From assembly GCA_048571215.1 (NCBI GenBank), contig CP182352.1, positions 736,001 through 800,000 of the forward strand: a stretch of 64,000 nt of DNA. The letters are read 5' to 3'. The notes beneath the pieces were generated by a model that made no database searches, was not told where the DNA came from, and saw only the letters and a program-made list of their open reading frames with translations. The stretch comes from Halarcobacter sp. (lineage in GTDB: Bacteria; Campylobacterota; Campylobacteria; Campylobacterales; Arcobacteraceae). This document shows, piece after piece, positions 59,602 to 64,000 of the stretch; positions within the stretch are counted from its first letter, which is position 1; every line of letters begins with the position of its first letter. The position numbers and the translations under genes are program-made.

Positions 59602-60852
59602 ATGAAACCTACAGATTACAACTTCCGATTAAAAGACTCAATTTTAGGAATTCAGTTTTTATTTGTTGCCTTTGGTGCTTTGGTATTAGTTCCTATATTA
59701 ACAGGTCTTGATCCAAATGTGGCACTTTTTACCGCAGGTATAGGAACCTTAGTTTTCCAAATAGTAAATAAAGGCACTATCCCTCCAATATTTCTAGCCT
59801 CATCTTTTGCATTTATTGCTCCTATTTCTAATGGAGTTAAGACTTGGGGTATTGCTGCAACTATGTCAGGCTTAGTTGCCGCAGGACTTTTTTATGTTTT
59901 ACTTAGTTTTCTTATAAGATTAAAAGGGGATAATTTTTTACATAAATTATTACCTGCTGTTGTTGTGGGACCTGTAATTATGTCAATTGGACTTATTTTA
60001 TCTCCTGTTGCTGTATTTATGGCTATGGGAAAAACAGGTGATGGTTCAATACAACTTATCCCTTTTGAACAAGCTATAGTTATCTCTATGGTTTCACTTT
60101 TTACTATGATATTTATTTCATTATTAGGCAAGGGTGTTTTTAAACTTATTCCAATACTTGCTGCAATTATTATGGGATATATTGTTTCACTTTTTTTTGG
60201 AGTAGTAGATTTTAGCTTAATACAAAAAGCAACTTGGTTTGCAATACCTAATTTTACAACACCAGAGTTTAATTGGCAAGCAATTATTTTTATTATGCCT
60301 ATTGCAATTGCACCAGCAATTGAACATATTGGAGATATGTTAGCTATTTCAAATGTTACAAAACAAGATTATTTGAAAAAACCAGGTTTAAAAAACACTC
60401 TTTTAGGTGATGGTTTAGCAACTTCAGTTGCTGCACTTTTTGGTGGACCACCAAATACCACATACTCAGAAGTTACAGGAGCAGTTACAGTAACAAAAGC
60501 ATACAATCCTGCAATTATGACTTGGGCTGCACTATCTGCAATTGTATTAGCATTTATAGGAAAATTAGGAGGTGTTTTAGCTTCTATTCCAGTACCAGTT
60601 ATGGGTGGAGTTATGTTACTTCTATTTGGAATCATTGCTAGTATTGGTATCTCAACACTTGTAAGAGGAAAAGTTGATTTTAACTGTCCTAGAAATTTGA
60701 TTATTGTTTCAATGATTTTAGTTTTTTCAATTGGAGGAATGACTTTTAACTTTTTTGGAGTACCATTTTCTGGTATTGGTTTAGGTGCCTTAACTGGAAT
60801 ATTTTTAAATCTAATTTTACCACAAGCAAGAAAAGAGGATCATATTATTTAA
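59602..60852 (+). CDS. uraA: Uracil permease (NCS2)
   Basis: QFLFVAFGALVLVP, SSFAFI, EHIGD, PNTTYSE; divergent from upp; ATG at 59602. Confidence 0.9.
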   Translation: MKPTDYNFRLKDSILGIQFLFVAFGALVLVPILTGLDPNVALFTAGIGTLVFQIVNKGTIPPIFLASSFAFIAPISNGVKTWGIAATMSGLVAAGLFYVLLSFLIRLKGDNFLHKLLPAVVVGPVIMSIGLILSPVAVFMAMGKTGDGSIQLIPFEQAIVISMVSLFTMIFISLLGKGVFKLIPILAAIIMGYIVSLFFGVVDFSLIQKATWFAIPNFTTPEFNWQAIIFIMPIAIAPAIEHIGDMLAISNVTKQDYLKKPGLKNTLLGDGLATSVAALFGGPPNTTYSEVTGAVTVTKAYNPAIMTWAALSAIVLAFIGKLGGVLASIPVPVMGGVMLLLFGIIASIGISTLVRGKVDFNCPRNLIIVSMILVFSIGGMTFNFFGVPFSGIGLGALTGIFLNLILPQARKEDHII

Positions 60853-60853
60853 A

Positions 60854-60890
60854 AAAGAACTATTTTTATAGTTCTTTCTTCTTTTATTTT
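60854..60890 (+). terminator. Rho-independent terminator
   Basis: aaagaactat-tttt-atagttcttt followed by a pyrimidine/T run. Confidence 0.6.
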
Positions 60891-60907
60891 AATTTTAGGA
60901 ATATTTC

Positions 60908-61693
60908 ATGGAACTTTTTATTATAAAGTCAATTTCCGTGGTAACTTTGGTTTTAGCTTTAAGTTTTATAGCGGAGAAATTGAGTCCAAAAGTTTCAGGT
61001 ATATTGTCTGGACTTCCTGTAGGAAGTTCTATAACTTTACTTTTTTTTGCTATTGAAAATGGTGTTGATTATGTAACTCATGTTGCATTGTATAATATTC
61101 ATGGTCTTTTTGCTGCATTATCTTTTTGTATAGGTTATTATATTAGTACCTTTTACAAAGGCAAATTTGAAATATTTTTAAGTCTTATGATTTCATTTTT
61201 TTCATATTTGATTATAGCTTTTATAATCTCTTTTATTCCACCACATATTGTTTTTACCCCTTTAGTTGTAATTGCTTTAATGTATATTGTATCTATATAC
61301 TTTGCAAAAAAAGAGAACTTTCCAACTGTAAAAAAAGATAAAATTACCATAAGTGATTTACTCTTTAGGTCAATATTAACCATATTTATTTTTTTAATTG
61401 TTTCTAATCTTCCAAAAGTTGTAAGTCCAAATTTAGCAGGTATTTTTTCTGCTTTTCCTACAATTCTTTTGCCTTTATTATTAATAATTCATTTTAGGCA
61501 TAGTAATTTACAAGCAAGAACTATAATAAAAAACACACCCTTTGGATTAAGTTCTGTAGTTATATACTCTTTGGTGATTTATTTGACATATTCTAAAATT
61601 GGTATTTTATATGGAACCCTTATAGCTTTGTTATCTTCAATGTTATATATGGTAATTCAAACAAAAATTTTTAGAATTTTGAAATGGATTTAA
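60908..61693 (+). CDS. Integral membrane protein with internal duplication
   Basis: About 8 TM; repeated P..SGILSGLP / P.LAGIFSAFP motif. Confidence 0.7.
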   Translation: MELFIIKSISVVTLVLALSFIAEKLSPKVSGILSGLPVGSSITLLFFAIENGVDYVTHVALYNIHGLFAALSFCIGYYISTFYKGKFEIFLSLMISFFSYLIIAFIISFIPPHIVFTPLVVIALMYIVSIYFAKKENFPTVKKDKITISDLLFRSILTIFIFLIVSNLPKVVSPNLAGIFSAFPTILLPLLLIIHFRHSNLQARTIIKNTPFGLSSVVIYSLVIYLTYSKIGILYGTLIALLSSMLYMVIQTKIFRILKWI

Positions 61694-61747
61694 TAGTTAT
61701 TACATATTAAATTCCTTATAATAAAATAAAAAATTATAGGATAAATA

Positions 61748-62248
61748 ATGGCAGCAAAAGAACACAGTTTTGATATTTCAGCAAAGTTAGATATGAGTGA
61801 GATGAAAAATGCAGTTATACAAGCACAAAAAGAGATAGATAATAGATATGATTTTAAGGGTTTAAAAGCTGAGATTGACTTCAATCAAGGTGCAAAAACA
61901 TTAACTTTGATCTCTTCAAGTGATAATAAAGTTGATGCTATATATGATATTTTAATCTCTAAAATGAATAAAAGAGGTATCTCAATAAACTCTTTAGATG
62001 AAGCAAAAAAAGAGGATAGTTCAGGGGGAAATAGAAAATATGTATATGCAATTGTTGACTCTATAAAACAAGATGAAGCAAAAAAAATCCAAATAGAGAT
62101 TAAAGGTCTAAAACTAAAAGTTAAAGCTGCAAATCAAGGTGATGAGATTAGAGTTACAGCTAAAAATATTGATGACTTACAAAAAATAATGAAACATCTA
62201 AAATCTTTAGAATTTAAATCACCGTTAGTTTTTGATAATTTTAAATAA
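61748..62248 (+). CDS. yajQ: YajQ-family nucleotide-binding protein
   Basis: SFDISA, NAV.QA.KEI.NRYDFKG, QGDEIRV, DDLQ, FDNFK. Confidence 0.93.
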   Translation: MAAKEHSFDISAKLDMSEMKNAVIQAQKEIDNRYDFKGLKAEIDFNQGAKTLTLISSSDNKVDAIYDILISKMNKRGISINSLDEAKKEDSSGGNRKYVYAIVDSIKQDEAKKIQIEIKGLKLKVKAANQGDEIRVTAKNIDDLQKIMKHLKSLEFKSPLVFDNFK

Positions 62249-62371
62249 AAAAGTAAAGTGTTAATTAGTTACAATAAGTGAAGCTTAAAATTGCTTTAAA
62301 ATATAAATTAAAATAAATATTTATATTTTATGTTATAATAAATAATAAAAATATCAAGGAAAAGTTGTAGC

Positions 62372-64000
62372 TTGAATAACTTAAACTACTTAAAAAATAT
62401 TAATATTTTATATGCAGAGGATGATTTATTTATACAAAAAGAATTTTCTTCTTTTTTGAAAAGTTTTATAAATGATTTATATATTGCAGAAGATGGTTTA
62501 GAGGCATTAGAGTTATTCGAAAAACATTCTCCTGATATTGTTATCTCTGATATTACCATGCCTAAGATGAATGGTATAGAACTTTCAAGAGAGATAAAAA
62601 GTATTAATCCTGATGTTCCTATCATAATAATAAGTGCACATAACAATAGTGATTTTTTAATTGAAGCTATTGAAATAGGTGTAAGTAGATTTATATTAAA
62701 ACCCATTGATATGAGTGAAGTTATGAAAATACTTCTTGAGTTTTCAAAAAATATTGTTATCTCAAGAGAGAATAAGAATATTAATAATATTTTAGAACAA
62801 TATAAAGAAGTAGTTGATTTAAGTTCTATTGTTTCAAAAGCTGATAAATTAGGATTTATTACTTATGTAAATCAACCGTTTATTGAAATCTCTGGTTACA
62901 CAAGAGAGGAACTAATTGGTTCAAACCATAATATAATAAGACATCCTGATACACCCGTTGAAACATTTGAAAAGATGTGGAATACAATAAAAGAAGAAAA
63001 AAAAGTTTGGAAGGGTATTGTAAAAAACAAATCAAAAAATGGTAAGTCTTATTATGTAAGCAGTACTATAAAACCTATATTAGATATAGATGGTAATATT
63101 ATTGAGTATATTGCTATGAGACATGATATAACAGCTTTAGAAAATACAAAACATTTTTTACAAAGACAAAACTTTCAAAAAATATCAAATTTAAATGATG
63201 CTCTAAAAAGTATAGAACAGTATGAAAATGTTATGAATGCAATTAATATTGTTTCAAGAATTAATACAAATGGAAAAATAACTTATGTAAATGAACAGTT
63301 TTTAAAGCTTACGGGATATTCAAAAGATGAACTTATTGGTCAAACATATGATTTGATAAGACATGAAGATAATGATAAAAATACTTCAAAAGAGATGTGG
63401 AAAATTATCAATAGTGGTAAACTATGGACAGGAATAATCAAAAACAAATCAAAGGATGGCAAAACATATCATATAAATGCCGTTATTTCTCCTATATTCA
63501 ATCAAGATAATGAGATTATAGAGTATATCTCTATTTGTCATGATATTTCACCAATTATTGAGTTACATCAAGAGTTAGAAAGTACCCAAAGAGAGATTAT
63601 TTATAGAATGGGTGAGATAGGTGAAACTAGAAGTAAAGAAACAGGGAACCATGTAAAAAGAGTTGCTGAGTATTCAAAACTTTTGGGAGAACTTTATAAA
63701 CTTGATAAAAAACAGCTTGAAAATCTATTTATGGCATCACCTATGCATGATATTGGCAAAGTTGGAATACCTGATGAGATTTTAAATAAACCTGGGAAAT
63801 TAACATCTGAGGAATGGCTTATTATGAAAACTCACAGTGAACTAGGTTATAAGATTTTAAAAGATTCAAATAGAGATATTTTAAAAGCTGCTGCAATTAT
63901 CTCTTATCATCATCATGAAAAATGGGATGGTTCAGGTTATCCTAGAGGTTTAAAAGAAGACTCTATTCATATTTTTGGAAGAATCACTGCTATTGCAGAT
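62372..64000 (+). CDS. REC-PAS-PAS-HD-GYP c-di-GMP phosphodiesterase (runs off window)
   Basis: Not in ORF track. From TTG at 62372: ILYAEDD..ISDITMPKMNG (REC), two PAS repeats, ETGNHVKRVAEYS, MHDIGK, HHEKWDGSGYP. Confidence 0.9.
   Translation, partial: MNNLNYLKNINILYAEDDLFIQKEFSSFLKSFINDLYIAEDGLEALELFEKHSPDIVISDITMPKMNGIELSREIKSINPDVPIIIISAHNNSDFLIEAIEIGVSRFILKPIDMSEVMKILLEFSKNIVISRENKNINNILEQYKEVVDLSSIVSKADKLGFITYVNQPFIEISGYTREELIGSNHNIIRHPDTPVETFEKMWNTIKEEKKVWKGIVKNKSKNGKSYYVSSTIKPILDIDGNIIEYIAMRHDITALENTKHFLQRQNFQKISNLNDALKSIEQYENVMNAINIVSRINTNGKITYVNEQFLKLTGYSKDELIGQTYDLIRHEDNDKNTSKEMWKIINSGKLWTGIIKNKSKDGKTYHINAVISPIFNQDNEIIEYISICHDISPIIELHQELESTQREIIYRMGEIGETRSKETGNHVKRVAEYSKLLGELYKLDKKQLENLFMASPMHDIGKVGIPDEILNKPGKLTSEEWLIMKTHSELGYKILKDSNRDILKAAAIISYHHHEKWDGSGYPRGLKEDSIHIFGRITAIAD

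Overview
AT-rich chromosomal window from a Campylobacterota bacterium, most likely Arcobacteraceae (inferred from the low GC, the many SBP/PAS-linked GGDEF, histidine kinase and HD-GYP signalling proteins, a YqeY-fused GlnRS and a BacNav channel). Most of it is housekeeping or signalling: Crp/Fnr regulator with cytochromes c, selO, glnS, lactate permease, nfeD-slipin, pgm, nucleobase salvage (AzgA-like permease, PRTase, upp, uraA) and yajQ. The standout is a ~10.4 kb accessory island (about 26.6-37.0 kb) between pgm and a SoxW-like gene. It encodes a lasso-peptide-type RiPP system: an unannotated 57-aa precursor I read at 32107-32280 (-) with a YxxPxFxxxGxxxxxTx leader and a C-terminal DYS, translationally coupled to a PqqD/RRE gene, plus an Asn-synthetase-like cyclase and an HPr-kinase-like kinase. 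The island also carries three different sulfotransferases, a GT8 glycosyltransferase, a Cys-rich U32-like protein, an Asp/Asn beta-hydroxylase, a GNAT and three tandem phage tail-collar proteins. No leader peptidase (B2) or exporter is visible. No rRNA, tRNA, CRISPR array, transposase or integrase was recognised. All calls come from motif reading by eye; no searches were run.
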